Shown here: positions 1 to 9,984 of the stretch, piece after piece | How the letters are laid out: each line of letters opens with the position of its first letter | Numbering within the stretch: position 1 is the first letter of the stretch | Program-made: the position numbers and the translations under genes | DNA from: Candidatus Omnitrophota bacterium | Lineage (GTDB): Bacteria; Omnitrophota; Gorgyraeia; Duberdicusellales; 4484-171 | Reading direction: 5' to 3' | DNA length: 36,154 nucleotides | NCBI GenBank assembly: GCA_028717025.1 | Contig: JAQUOR010000001.1 | Location: forward strand, 1-36,154 | Notes under the pieces: generated by a model | Databases searched by the model: none | What the model saw: only the letters and a program-made list of their open reading frames with translations | Told to the model about the DNA's origin: nothing

Positions 1-10
1 TTCATCTGTG

Positions 11-1003
11 TTATTTCTTCATCCACGGCATCATATCCCGCAGCTGTTTGCCGACTTTTTCGATCTGGTGTTCGTCGCCGGCTTTAAGTAGCTGGTTAAA
101 ATTCACTCTGCCGGTTTCATTTTCTTTGATCCACTCTTTGGCAAATCTTCCTTTCTGTATTTCTTTCAAAATTTTTGCCATTTCTTTTCTGGTGCGCTCG
201 GTAATCACACGTTTTCCCCGGGAAAGATCTCCGTAACATGCAGTATTGGAGACAGAACGACGCATTCCGGAAATTCCTTTTTCCTGGATCAAATCGGTGA
301 TAAGTTTCAATTCGTGCAATACTTCAAAATATGCGATCTCGGGCTGGTATCCTGCTGCAATCAAGGTGTCGAAACCTGCGGTAATGAGCTCTGAAACTCC
401 GCCGCACAGGACTGCCTGTTCGCCGAAAAGATCGGTCTCAGTCTCCTCCTTAAACGTAGTTTCGATGACTCCTGCTCTGGTGGCACCTAACCCTTTCGCG
501 TACGCTAATGCCAATTGTTTTGCCTGTCCTGTGGCATCCTGATACACCGCAACCAGACACGGAACGCCTTTTCCTTCCTCGTACATCCTGCGCACGAGCG
601 CCCCGGGCCCTTTGGGTGCGACCATAAAAACATCAACGGTCTTTGAGGGCTTTATCTGTTTAAAGTGGATATTAAAGCCGTGCGAAAAACAAAGGGCTTT
701 GCCTTTTTTTAAATTTTCTTTTATCGATTCCTGATACACTTTTGCCTGTACGTGATCCTGCGTTAGGATCTGGATAATATCTGCTTGCTTGGCCGCTTCT
801 GCTGCAGAGACAGGATTAAATCCGTCTGCTTTTGCTAAATCGAAATTGGGCGTGCCTTGCATTTCAGACACAACCACGTTCACCCCTGAATCACGCAAGC
901 ATAACGCTTGTCCGCGACCCTGGATTCCGTAGCCGATAATGGCAACGGTCTTACCCTTCAGCAGATTTAAATCCGCGTCCTTATCGTAATAAATATTTAC
1001 CAT
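11..1003 (-). CDS. ilvC: ketol-acid reductoisomerase (class I KARI)
   Basis: The sequence is KARI-like over its full length, with the NADPH-binding motif [22 protein letters not shown] 1003 is preceded by AAGGAGGG. The ORF-track start at 1024 is a GTG without an RBS. Confidence 0.95.
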   Translation of the reverse strand: MVNIYYDKDADLNLLKGKTVAIIGYGIQGRGQALCLRDSGVNVVVSEMQGTPNFDLAKADGFNPVSAAEAAKQADIIQILTQDHVQAKVYQESIKENLKKGKALCFSHGFNIHFKQIKPSKTVDVFMVAPKGPGALVRRMYEEGKGVPCLVAVYQDATGQAKQLALAYAKGLGATRAGVIETTFKEETETDLFGEQAVLCGGVSELITAGFDTLIAAGYQPEIAYFEVLHELKLITDLIQEKGISGMRRSVSNTACYGDLSRGKRVITERTRKEMAKILKEIQKGRFAKEWIKENETGRVNFNQLLKAGDEHQIEKVGKQLRDMMPWMKK

Positions 1004-1093
1004 GACACCCTCCTTAATGAGCACATTGTTTTTTAAGCCTTCAGGCTGAAAAAACGATAGTGCGAGTTAATCCCGCCGTCAATATAGTACAAA

Positions 1094-1564
1094 CTACACG
1101 ATCGCAATTCTTCCTGTTCGCACCAACTCTTTAATGCCGAAACGCTCCATGGTCGTCAAAAAATGGTTAATCTGCTCCTGGTTGCCTACCGCTTCGACAA
1201 TGGCAACCTCAGCCTTACATTGGATCACCTTGGCAACGAATTTGTTTAAGGCAGCTTCTAACTTTGCTTTCTCTTTTGCCGGACAGACAACTTTGGCCAG
1301 AACCAATTCCCGGTCAATATATTCTTTTTTCGTAAAATCGGTCACCGTGATAACATCGATTAATTTGTTAAGCTGCTTTTTTATCTGTTCCAGGATCGTT
1401 GCATCTTTAGCGTCCACTACCATAGTCATATAGGAAATTGTGGGATCGAGCGTTTCACTCACTGCAAGCGATGCAATATTATAGCCGCGTGCGCTGAAAA
1501 GTCCGGCGACACGCGCCAATACGCCGAATTTGTTCTCAACCAATACTGATATAATATGTTTCAT
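1094..1564 (-). CDS. ilvN: acetolactate synthase small (regulatory) subunit
   Basis: 156 aa. The N-terminal ACT domain (HIISVLVENKFGVLARVAGLFSARGYNI) is typical of AHAS small subunits. The gene lies between ilvB and ilvC and has a GAGG RBS. Confidence 0.9.
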   Translation of the reverse strand: MKHIISVLVENKFGVLARVAGLFSARGYNIASLAVSETLDPTISYMTMVVDAKDATILEQIKKQLNKLIDVITVTDFTKKEYIDRELVLAKVVCPAKEKAKLEAALNKFVAKVIQCKAEVAIVEAVGNQEQINHFLTTMERFGIKELVRTGRIAIV

Positions 1565-1601
1565 TGACTAGCCTCAAACGCTAATGACCGCGAATTGAAT
1601 G

Positions 1602-1627
1602 CGCGAATTGCCGCTAATACATTCGCG
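1602..1627. repeat. hairpin CGCGAAT-TGCCGCTAATAC-ATTCGCG (copy of the 25215-25244 element)
   Basis: It matches 25217-25242 at 24 of 26 positions. Further CGCGAAT/ATTCGCG words lie at 1589-1595 and 1657-1663. Confidence 0.85.
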
Positions 1628-1665
1628 TAAATGAGCGTTTTCTCAAATTAGCGAAAATTCGCGTT

Positions 1666-3333
1666 TTACGCAAGGCCTCCGGAAAGCATCTTGTTGATGG
1701 CTTCTCCTGCCGGCACCATGGGAAAAACGTTCTCCTCAGGCTCGACATGGATATCAACAAATACCACATTGTCTATCGAAATTGCTTTCTCAAGGGCACG
1801 GCGTACGTCATCTTTTTTAGTGACGCGTAAACCAACAGCTCCATAACTTTCCGCCAGCTTTACAAAATCCGGGGCAGTAATACAGGTATGAGAATACCGG
1901 CGCTTATAGAACAGCTCCTGCCATTGGCGCACCATTCCCAAATATCCATTATTGAATATTATCACTTTTACATTTATCTTATTGCACACACAGGTTGCCA
2001 GTTCTTGAATATTCATCTGGATAGAACCGTCACCGGCGATATCGAACACCTGTTTCTTTGGATATGCGATTTTTGCGCCCATCGAAGCGGGAAAACCAAA
2101 ACCCATCGTGCCTAAGCCCCCGCTTGAGATAAATGTACGCGGGGTAAGATATTTATACCATTGCGCCGCCCACATCTGATGCTGACCGACTTCGGTCGTA
2201 ATTATTGCGTCTCCTTTGGTGATCTCGTAGAGTTGCTCCATGATATACTGAGGTTTTATTTTATTGCCATCCTTATAGCTTAAAGGATGCTTCTTCCTCC
2301 AGGATTCGATAGTCTTGAGCCACTCGCGGGTTTCGGGAACCTTTTTTATTTCCTCTAAGAGTTGGCCTAAAACATTTTTGGCGTCGCCCACAATGGGGAT
2401 ATCCACTTTTATATTTTTACTTATTGAAGCAGGATCGATATCGATATGGATCACCTTAGCTCCCGGAGCAAAGGTATCTACTCTGCCCGTTACTCTATCA
2501 TCAAAGCGCGCACCTATGGCAATAATTAAATCGGACTCCATAGTAGCATGATTCGCGTATCCGGTACCATGCATACCCAGCATACCCAAGAAAAGTTCGT
2601 GGGTTGCAGGGAAAGCCCCTAGCCCCATCAAGGTAACCGTCACCGGCGCGTTAAGTTTCTCAGCCAGCTCTTTTAATTGGTGATGTGCGCCGGAAGTGAT
2701 AACTCCTCCACCAACATAGAGGAGCGGCCGCCTGGCAGCTGCTATCAATTTTGCTGCTTTCTTGATCTGTCCGGGATGACCAAAACATGTCGGTTTGTAA
2801 CTGCGGATATTAGCCTCTTGCGGCCAAACAAATTCTGTATCTTGCTGCTGCACATCAACCGGCACATCAATGAGTACCGGCCCGGGTCGCCCCGTTGAGG
2901 CAATATAAAACGCTTCGTTAATAGTTTTGGCTAATTCCTTAATGTCTTTTACGAGGAAATTATGCTTGGTAATCGGCCGCGTGATACCGGTCACATCTGC
3001 CTCTTGAAACGCATCATTACCGATGAGAGAAGTCTTTACCTGGCCGGTAATTGCTATCATCGGGATTGAATCCATATAGGCAGTAGCTATGCCTGTCACC
3101 AGATTAGTGGCTCCCGGACCCGAAGTAGCAATACAAACCCCTACTTTTCCGGTAGCGCGGGAATAGCCGTCCGCAGCATGAGCCGCAGCCTGTTCGTGAC
3201 GGGTCAGGATAAATCTGATGGGTGCGTCATAAAGAGCGTCAAAGAGAGGCAAAACCTGGCCTCCCGGATAGCCAAAAATGACCTCCACTTTCTCCTTAAG
3301 CAAGCTTTCTATAAGTATTTGGGCACCTTTCAT
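1666..3333 (-). CDS. ilvB: acetolactate synthase large (catalytic) subunit, ThDP-dependent
   Basis: 555 aa with AHAS-like N-terminus (VIFGYPGG), FAD region and ThDP-binding motif [24 protein letters not shown]. Confidence 0.93.
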   Translation of the reverse strand: MKGAQILIESLLKEKVEVIFGYPGGQVLPLFDALYDAPIRFILTRHEQAAAHAADGYSRATGKVGVCIATSGPGATNLVTGIATAYMDSIPMIAITGQVKTSLIGNDAFQEADVTGITRPITKHNFLVKDIKELAKTINEAFYIASTGRPGPVLIDVPVDVQQQDTEFVWPQEANIRSYKPTCFGHPGQIKKAAKLIAAARRPLLYVGGGVITSGAHHQLKELAEKLNAPVTVTLMGLGAFPATHELFLGMLGMHGTGYANHATMESDLIIAIGARFDDRVTGRVDTFAPGAKVIHIDIDPASISKNIKVDIPIVGDAKNVLGQLLEEIKKVPETREWLKTIESWRKKHPLSYKDGNKIKPQYIMEQLYEITKGDAIITTEVGQHQMWAAQWYKYLTPRTFISSGGLGTMGFGFPASMGAKIAYPKKQVFDIAGDGSIQMNIQELATCVCNKINVKVIIFNNGYLGMVRQWQELFYKRRYSHTCITAPDFVKLAESYGAVGLRVTKKDDVRRALEKAISIDNVVFVDIHVEPEENVFPMVPAGEAINKMLSGGLA

Positions 3334-3382
3334 ACGAATAAGTGTTTAATGCATTGGATTAAAGCGTAATGACACCACGAAA

Positions 3383-3505
3383 CTGCAAAAGGCCGCAAAG
3401 ACTAATCGCAAAAGCGCAAAAGGTTTTTGCGATCTTTGCGGGGTAATACCGCTAAAACACAAAGTTTTATTTTGCGGTTTTGCGTTTGTGCTTTTGCGGT
3501 GCAAA
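3383..3505. repeat. GCAAAA/TTTTGC word-built hairpin cluster in the ilvB leader
   Basis: On the plus strand CTGCAAAAGG, CCGCAAAG, CGCAAAAG and CGCAAAAGG are followed by TTTTTGCG, CTTTGCGG, TTTTGCGG, TTTTGCG and CTTTTGCGG. The core stem pairs CGCAAAA 3415-3421 with TTTTGCG 3425-3431. Confidence 0.8.
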
Positions 3506-3548
3506 ATAACACGCTCTTCAAAAAGCTAAGTAAATATTATGAGTGTAA

Positions 3549-3576
3549 ATTATACCACTGAAGATTAAAAAAACAA
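3549..3576 (-). promoter_or_regulatory. candidate ilvBNC promoter TTGTTT-N16-(TGG)TATAAT
   Basis: On the minus strand the extended -10 TGGTATAAT is at 3557-3549 and the -35 at 3576-3571. This gives a leader of about 210 nt before ATG 3333. Confidence 0.45.
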
Positions 3577-3662
3577 CAAGTTACTTATAGCAAATAGGCC
3601 TAAATAAAAGCTGTTTTTCCCGCATAAAAACCAAATTTCAAGCTCCAAATATTTTTGCTCCG

Positions 3663-3718
3663 TTCATTGGGATCTATTTATTGGAATTTATTGGTGATTT
3701 GAGATTTGGAATCTGAGG
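3663..3718. repeat. copy of the 23545-23605 element
   Basis: Shared blocks are TTCATTG, TTGGAATTTATT, GTGATTTGA and GAATCT. Both copies begin directly after the stop codon of a minus-strand gene (3722 and 23606). Confidence 0.7.
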
Positions 3719-3721
3719 ATA

Positions 3722-5311
3722 TTAAGGCATTTCCTTCAAGAGAGCGTCTATTTTCTTGACTTCTTCTTCGTAACCTTTTTCCTTAAATAATTCCCTTGCT
3801 TTCTGAAGGCTGCTCTTTGCTTCGTCATATTGTCCCGAAAAGGCATAGGCATAGCCTATGCCTGCGTATGCTTCGCCGTAATTCGGAAAACGCGCTATGA
3901 CTTTTTTAAAAGCTTCGATTGCCTCTTCGTATCTCCCAAGTGCATTGTATACAAAACCCATGCCCCGCTCTGCCTCCATATTGTCGGGATTTAATTTTAG
4001 TGCCTCGGTATATTGCAAAAGCGCATCTTCTGATTTTCCTATGCTGACGTACATATCGCCCAGTCCCACATACGCGTCGACATATTGTGGAGCGATCTGC
4101 AGCGCTTTCTTAAAAGATGTGATTGCTTCATGGGGATTATCCTGCGCTGCGTAGAGATAGCCGAAAATCCGATACGCTTCGGCAAGATTAGGGTCTATCG
4201 CGAGAGCTTTTTTTAATTCTCCTGTTGCTTCCGTAAATTTCTTATTCTCAACAAAAGTAACCGCCCGTTGCAGACAATCCTGTATGTCTTTCATTTTCCC
4301 AAGAGAAAGTCCCTTCGATGAAACAGTGCCCGGGCTCAAAGAAACTGACGGGCCCTTTTGGGTGGACGGCGGCAGGATGTAACTGAAAGACTGGATAATT
4401 TCTTTGGCCTGGGTTACCAGTGTTTCAATCTCCTGGTTAAAACGCTGGACGAGCTCGTTTTGCTTACGGATAATATCCGCGCCTACTCCTTGATTATCTT
4501 TTTCCAATATCGGCTCATACTTTGTGTATCGTAAGCGCACAGTGAAAAAACGCGGATCTTTGCCTTTAGATAGATAGGCAGGAGAAAAATAGTAATAATC
4601 CTGGTAACTTGTAGTTGCCCCCTGTACGTTTTTACCGCTTCCTGCAACATTAGTAAGAACAAAGGGAAGCTTACCGGTATAACGTACAAGATACCCGGGT
4701 TCTTTTGCGTTTTTAAGGGCTCCTTCGGACTCTTTCTTCAACTCCGGGGGAACAGAAAACATTTTCTGCAACTCGCTTATATCTTTCGTTTTCTCTATTT
4801 CCTCATTGCGCAAGGTTCTACGGTAAAGCTCAATGGTAACCAGCTCGCGTTTTTTACCTTTCGGCCGAAACCCCATGGAAGAATCCTTCCTTTCGGTTAC
4901 CGGTATCGTTTCCCAATCTTTTGGGTATTGAAAAAGATATCCCCACTCCCAGTTTCTAAATGTCGGTTTTTCTTCCTGCGCAGAAAGCGCGACCGTACTG
5001 CTTTGTTCGGCGGCGACAGGCACTATCTCTTTACCATCGATGGCTTTGATCTGATCAAAATAATAGGTAATCGCTATACCGCCGATATCCAGCTTAATGA
5101 AAGAATCGCTCTTCTCGATGATTTTCCCTTCAACGGTTTTTCCGCTTTTTAAGCTGATGATTTCCGCATATACAGGAAGATTGTATGCGACGGCGGCAAG
5201 AAGGATCAATATTATTTTTTTCACGAGAAAAGTCTGATGCATCGTTGCTCTGATTATTTTTTTCGGTCCCATTGCTGTATAGGTATGAGATTTAACTTCG
5301 GGACGCTCCAT
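3722..5311 (-). CDS. secreted/membrane-anchored TPR-repeat protein
   Basis: It has a hydrophobic signal-like segment (KKIILILLAAVAYNLPVYAE) and about 5 C-terminal TPR repeats (AEAYRIFGYLY.., YVDAYVGLGDMY.., GEAYAGIGYAY..). The start is uncertain (ATG at 5311, 5272 or 5242) and none has a clear RBS. Confidence 0.7.
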   Translation of the reverse strand: MERPEVKSHTYTAMGPKKIIRATMHQTFLVKKIILILLAAVAYNLPVYAEIISLKSGKTVEGKIIEKSDSFIKLDIGGIAITYYFDQIKAIDGKEIVPVAAEQSSTVALSAQEEKPTFRNWEWGYLFQYPKDWETIPVTERKDSSMGFRPKGKKRELVTIELYRRTLRNEEIEKTKDISELQKMFSVPPELKKESEGALKNAKEPGYLVRYTGKLPFVLTNVAGSGKNVQGATTSYQDYYYFSPAYLSKGKDPRFFTVRLRYTKYEPILEKDNQGVGADIIRKQNELVQRFNQEIETLVTQAKEIIQSFSYILPPSTQKGPSVSLSPGTVSSKGLSLGKMKDIQDCLQRAVTFVENKKFTEATGELKKALAIDPNLAEAYRIFGYLYAAQDNPHEAITSFKKALQIAPQYVDAYVGLGDMYVSIGKSEDALLQYTEALKLNPDNMEAERGMGFVYNALGRYEEAIEAFKKVIARFPNYGEAYAGIGYAYAFSGQYDEAKSSLQKARELFKEKGYEEEVKKIDALLKEMP

Positions 5312-5424
5312 GCTTACTGTTGTTATTTTTTGGGATACCAGAATGGTCGCTTACCTTTTCTGATGCTCAATGCGGGCTTACTCTACGTGAACAATACTAC
5401 CGGCAAGCAGGCTCCAACGTCGTT

Positions 5425-7002
5425 CTATGCGTTTGCTTTGACGTCTTTAAGAAGTTTGTACTCGATGGAATCGGCAAGCGCGTTATACGAAGCTTCAATA
5501 ACATTGCCTGAAACACCTATGGTGGTCCAGCTTTCTTTTTCATCCTGTGATTCGATAAGCACGCGCACTTTTGCGGCGGTCCCCTCTTTCGCATCGAGAA
5601 CGCGCACTTTAAAGTCGCTTAAATGCATCTTTGAAAGTGCGGGATAGAAATCGCGTAACGCGTGTCGCAATGCACTATCCAGAGCGTTGACCGGCCCGTC
5701 ACCTTCCGAAGCGCTGTGCCGCAGCACCCCTTTGACTTTGATTTTTATCGTTGCTTCAGAAATAAGCCTGCCGTCGTCGCGTTTTTCGACAATGACCCTA
5801 AACCCGAGAAGTTCAAAAAATTTTTTGTATTTTCGAAATTCACGCTCGAGCAAAAGCTTAAAAGAAGCTTCGGCTGCTTCAAATTGATACCCTTGGGCTT
5901 CCAAGTCTTGAATCAATTTATGGATTTTCTTTGCGCGAGGTGATTTTTTATCCAAGTCAAAAGCCAGTTCTTTCGCTTTTAAAACAAGCGACGATTTCCC
6001 CGCCAGTTCTGAAACCACAAATCTGCGATGGTTACCGACCAGCAGCGGATCGATGTGTTCATAAGCAAGCGGATTTTTAAGCATCGCGTCGATATGGATA
6101 CCGCCTTTATGGGCAAATGCACTCCTTCCAACGAACGGAGTCGCATCATGATGTATCATATTGCTGACTTCGCTGACGAAATAGGAAAGTTCCGTCAACT
6201 GCCCCATATTCTTTTCGCATGAGACGTGACAGCCCATTTTTAATACAAGCGCCCCTAAAACAGTAACGAGATCGGTGTTCCCGCAACGCTCGCCATAACC
6301 GTTCATCGTACCCTGGATATGCACGCACCCTTCTTCGATACACGCCAGGGAATTCGCTACTGCCATACCCGTATCGTTATGACAATGCATACCGAAATTG
6401 CCTAACGATATCACCTCTCTGACCTCCTGAGCTATCCGCGTTATTTCCCAGGGTAATGTGCCGCCGTTAGTATCGCAAAAAATAACAAGATGTGCCCCGG
6501 CGTCCAGAGCCGCTAAAATTGTTTTTATGGCATATTCCGGGTTGGCTTTGTAGCCGGTGAAAAAATGTTCTGCGTCATAGAATACTTTTTTGCCATGTTT
6601 TTTTAGAAACGCAACACTCTCCCTGATGATTCTTAAATTATCATCGAGACCGATACGGAGCACTTCTTTTACCTGTAAATCCCAGGTTTTTCCGAAAATC
6701 GTCACATATTCGGTACCGCTTTTAAGTAAACTGGTAAGGTTTTTATCGGTATGCGCCGGACGAGCCGGATGCGCAGTTGAACCAAAAGGAACCAGATGCG
6801 CATTGCGTAAGGGATGTTTTCTAAAGTACGCGAAGAACTCCGTGTCTTTGGGGTTAGAATAGGGCCAGCCGCCTTCAATAAAATCAACACCGAAGCTATC
6901 CAGGCGTTTTGCGATACTGATTTTATCCTGTAGTGAGTATGAGATACCTTCAGTCTGTGCGCCGTCACGTAATGTCGTATCGTAAATAAATATCTTTTCC
7001 AT
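5425..7002 (-). CDS. cimA: citramalate synthase-type LeuA homologue (2-isopropylmalate/citramalate synthase family)
   Basis: Motifs seen: IYDTTLRDGAQTEG, HCHNDTGMAVANSL and a C-terminal LeuA-dimerisation-like domain. This resembles the LeuA-related (Geobacter-type citramalate synthase) clade. ATG 7002 has an AAGGAAG RBS. An alternative ATG at 7071 forms an ATGA overlap with the upstream stop. Confidence 0.75.
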   Translation of the reverse strand: MEKIFIYDTTLRDGAQTEGISYSLQDKISIAKRLDSFGVDFIEGGWPYSNPKDTEFFAYFRKHPLRNAHLVPFGSTAHPARPAHTDKNLTSLLKSGTEYVTIFGKTWDLQVKEVLRIGLDDNLRIIRESVAFLKKHGKKVFYDAEHFFTGYKANPEYAIKTILAALDAGAHLVIFCDTNGGTLPWEITRIAQEVREVISLGNFGMHCHNDTGMAVANSLACIEEGCVHIQGTMNGYGERCGNTDLVTVLGALVLKMGCHVSCEKNMGQLTELSYFVSEVSNMIHHDATPFVGRSAFAHKGGIHIDAMLKNPLAYEHIDPLLVGNHRRFVVSELAGKSSLVLKAKELAFDLDKKSPRAKKIHKLIQDLEAQGYQFEAAEASFKLLLEREFRKYKKFFELLGFRVIVEKRDDGRLISEATIKIKVKGVLRHSASEGDGPVNALDSALRHALRDFYPALSKMHLSDFKVRVLDAKEGTAAKVRVLIESQDEKESWTTIGVSGNVIEASYNALADSIEYKLLKDVKANA

Positions 7003-7067
7003 ACTATTTCTTCCTTTAAATGATAATAGAAGCGGATCACCGCGCCTGGTTACGCTTCTAATTTTCA

Positions 7068-8354
7068 TCATTCTTTTATTTTATCCAATCCAAATTCTTT
7101 ATGGAGCACTTTCAACGCTTCTTTGCCTGCAGCTTTTGCTACCAGACAGGAAATGCTTATCTCGGACGTAGAAATCATCTCGATGTTAATCTTATTTTTA
7201 GCCAGCGCCGAAAAACAGCGGGCAGCGACTCCTGATTGTGATTTCATACCAACGCCCACTACGGAAACCTTGGCAACGTTTTCATCGGAAACGATATTTC
7301 CCGCGCCGATGTTTGTTGAAATTTTATTGGAAATCTTAATGGCTTTTGCAAGATTATCTTTAGTGACGGTAAACGAAATGTCGGTCATTTTTTTGTGGCT
7401 GACATTTTGCACAATCATATCAATGTTAATGTTCTGCGATGCGAGCTGATTAAAGATCTGCGCGGCAATACCGGGTTTATCGGGCACATCGCATACGGTT
7501 ACCTTGGCCTCGTTTTCCGTAAGCGCAACGCCGCGGACGACCGACTGCTCAATGATGGGTGTCTTGTCCATGATTACTGTTCCCTCCTTCTGGCTAAAAC
7601 TTGAACGTACGTATATCGGCATGTTAAACTTTTTTCCAACCTCAACGGCGCGGGTCTGCATTACCTGTGCGCCGCGTGCGGCGAGTTCCAGCATTTCATC
7701 AAAGGTGATGTGTTTTAGTTTTTTCGCATTACCGACAATGCGCGGATCGGCGGTGTAAATTCCGTCAACATCCGTATAGATCTCACACATATCCGCGTGC
7801 AGCGATACCGCCAGTGCTACCGCGCTTAAGTCTGAACCGCCGCGGCCAAGTGTCGTGATCTCCGATTTCGTGCTGATACCCTGGAAACCGGCAACGATGA
7901 CGATCTTGCCGCCTTCAAGCTCCCGCTTTATGCGCTGCGTCTCGATTTTTAAGATTTTTGCCTTCGTATGATAGGTGTCGGTAATGATGCCTACCTGTCC
8001 ACCGGTAAAAGAAATTGCCTCAAACCCGTTTTTGTGGATTGCCATAGCGAGGAGCGCACAGGTAATCTGCTCTCCTGTCGAAATAAGCATATCCATTTCC
8101 CGCTCTTCCGGGTGCGGGTTGATTTTCCTTGAAAGTTCAATCAGATCGTCCGTTGTATCTCCCATGGCAGAGACAACTACGGCTACCCTGTTGCCGCGTT
8201 TCGCATAAGAAATAATTCTTTGAGCAACGGCTTCTATCCTCTCGACGTTGCCCACTGATGTCCCGCCATATTTTTGCACAATCAACCCATTCGACACGCT
8301 TCGCTTGCTCAGGGTTGATATTGAGCCTGGTCGAAGTATCAATTTTTTCTGCAT
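7068..8354 (-). CDS. lysC: aspartate kinase with C-terminal ACT domains
   Basis: Motifs seen: IVQKYGGTSVG, GRGGSDLSAVALA and two C-terminal ACT-like repeats. ATG 8354 is preceded by AGGAGG. The ORF-track start at 8393 is a TTG. Confidence 0.9.
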   Translation of the reverse strand: MQKKLILRPGSISTLSKRSVSNGLIVQKYGGTSVGNVERIEAVAQRIISYAKRGNRVAVVVSAMGDTTDDLIELSRKINPHPEEREMDMLISTGEQITCALLAMAIHKNGFEAISFTGGQVGIITDTYHTKAKILKIETQRIKRELEGGKIVIVAGFQGISTKSEITTLGRGGSDLSAVALAVSLHADMCEIYTDVDGIYTADPRIVGNAKKLKHITFDEMLELAARGAQVMQTRAVEVGKKFNMPIYVRSSFSQKEGTVIMDKTPIIEQSVVRGVALTENEAKVTVCDVPDKPGIAAQIFNQLASQNINIDMIVQNVSHKKMTDISFTVTKDNLAKAIKISNKISTNIGAGNIVSDENVAKVSVVGVGMKSQSGVAARCFSALAKNKINIEMISTSEISISCLVAKAAGKEALKVLHKEFGLDKIKE

Positions 8355-8394
8355 GAGAAGCCTCCTGATACCTTTGTCTGCGTTGGCGATCAAA

Positions 8395-9984
8395 TTATTG
8401 TGTATTTTTGTTTCCTTTTATGCTCTTGTAAAAAATGCTCCCCACTTCAAAGGCCATAAAACCCGCCAAGCCCAGTAAGAGAACGGTTACCGTCAAAAGC
8501 ACCGTGTTTTTCTCTGAAAAATATTTTGGTACCTGTAAAATAAGCGCAATCACAGTAGTAACGAACATAAAAAACGCGGGTACCAGGGTAACCGTAGCGT
8601 TTTTTTTCTTCGCCAGGAGCCAGCAGCTGAGCACAAACAGCGCGAGTGCTGCGACCAGTTGGTTGGATGCGCCAAATGCCGGCCAGATTTTTGTCCACTG
8701 ACCGCTATAGGCTAACGCTGCGCCAAGCACAACGATCAGGAATGTGGAAACAAAACGATTTTTTATCTTAAAGAGCTCTTCGGTTAAATAACGCAGGATC
8801 CTGGTCGCCGTATCTAAGGTGGTAAGAATAAACGCATTCAGTATCGCAAGCGCTATCAATGTCCCATATCCGCCTAAAAGAGGCCGCGTGATAAACCCAT
8901 ATCCCTGGCCAAAAACGTTGATGGGGCCTTTCTGCTTTAAGATGAGCACAAAGTTATCTCCCGGAGCAAAAATAATGGCTACGGTAATTATCGCAAGTAC
9001 TGCTAGAAGCCCTTCCGTAACCATAGCGCCGTAACCGATTCTGCGCGCGTGTGCTTCACTGGCGAGCTGTTTCGAAGTGGTACCTGAAGCGATCAATGAA
9101 TGAAAACCTGAAATTGCTCCGCAGGCTACGGTTACAAAGAGTGCCGGCCAAAGATTGCCTTCGGAAGTCTTCCAGGCAGAATAATACGGCATGGTAATAG
9201 GAGGGTTTGAAATGATTAAGCCGAGAAAACCCACGCCCACGCCAAAAAATAAAAGGAAACTTGACAGATAATCGCGTGGCTGCAGCAGCGCGTTCACCGG
9301 TAACACGGAAGCAAAATAACAATAGACAAACAGAATCAGCAGCCAAAACCGGGTGCTCGCGTAAAACGCGAAGCTATTACCCAGGACCATTAAAGCCACC
9401 AGGCACGTCAAACCTAAAAGAGTCGTAATAATACTATTGGCCCGTACGTTGTATAAAAGATGCCCGACGATCATCGCTATCGGGATAAGCCCCAAGGAAG
9501 GTAAAACTATTTTTGGTTCTTTCACAAAGGTATCGGCGCACAGATAGGCAAACACTGCAATTACCAGGATCAGAGCGAGCCACACAAATAATGAAAATAA
9601 GAACTTTGCTCTTTTCGATATCGCGCGTTCTGCGATATCCGCCACTGAAGAGCCGCCTTCTTTGACCGAGACCAAAAGCGAACCTAAGTCGTGCACGCTG
9701 CCAAAAAAGACCGAGCCAAATACCACCCAGAGCAATGCCGGCAGCCATCCCCAGAGCATAGCCGCAATTACCGGTCCGATAATCGGCCCTGCACCGGCAA
9801 TCGAAGCAAAGTGATGCCCAAAGAGCACTAACCAGTTTTTAGCGGGTACGTAATCGACGCCATCATGGTTGGTAAACGCCGGCGTATCCCGTTTTTTATC
9901 GATGTTGAAAAGCCGGCCGATATATTTCCCGTACGAAAAATACGCTATTGCAAAAATCGCTGCGCTGATAAAAAATATAATCAT
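8395..9984 (-). CDS. cstA: CstA-family (carbon starvation protein A) peptide/pyruvate transporter
   Basis: A polytopic membrane protein with the CstA signature GHHFASIAGAGPIIGPVIAAMLWGWLPALLWV. Its start overlaps the upstream stop (ATGA, 9981-9984). Confidence 0.9.
   Translation of the reverse strand: MIIFFISAAIFAIAYFSYGKYIGRLFNIDKKRDTPAFTNHDGVDYVPAKNWLVLFGHHFASIAGAGPIIGPVIAAMLWGWLPALLWVVFGSVFFGSVHDLGSLLVSVKEGGSSVADIAERAISKRAKFLFSLFVWLALILVIAVFAYLCADTFVKEPKIVLPSLGLIPIAMIVGHLLYNVRANSIITTLLGLTCLVALMVLGNSFAFYASTRFWLLILFVYCYFASVLPVNALLQPRDYLSSFLLFFGVGVGFLGLIISNPPITMPYYSAWKTSEGNLWPALFVTVACGAISGFHSLIASGTTSKQLASEAHARRIGYGAMVTEGLLAVLAIITVAIIFAPGDNFVLILKQKGPINVFGQGYGFITRPLLGGYGTLIALAILNAFILTTLDTATRILRYLTEELFKIKNRFVSTFLIVVLGAALAYSGQWTKIWPAFGASNQLVAALALFVLSCWLLAKKKNATVTLVPAFFMFVTTVIALILQVPKYFSEKNTVLLTVTVLLLGLAGFMAFEVGSIFYKSIKGNKNTQ

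Noticed and set aside
1029-1054. Terminator between ilvN and ilvC (TTTTTTAAGCC-TTCA-GGCTGAAAAAA).
   Set aside because: The palindrome is symmetric, so on both strands the T-run precedes and the A-run follows the stem. The stem has only 3 G-C pairs plus a mismatch. It is therefore unlikely to terminate transcription within the ilvBNC operon.
3334-3548. T-box riboswitch or leader-peptide attenuator upstream of ilvB.
   Set aside because: There is no T-box consensus and no specifier-loop-like arrangement. The only ATG in the leader opens a 2-codon ORF, so there is no Ile/Leu/Val-rich leader peptide.
7003-7071. Longer N-terminal extensions offered by the ORF track: cimA from 7071, lysC from 8393, ilvC from 1024, the ParA fusion from 15468, lpxA from 13442, lemA from 29806 and the GH1 gene from 20373.
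   Set aside because: Most of the upstream starts are GTG/TTG or ATG codons without an RBS, and they add non-homologous residues ahead of the conserved N-termini. The chosen ATGs have AGGAGG-type sites at proper spacing, except the GH1 ATG at 20370, which has no RBS. The cimA 7071 ATG does form an ATGA overlap with the lysC stop and remains a minor alternative.
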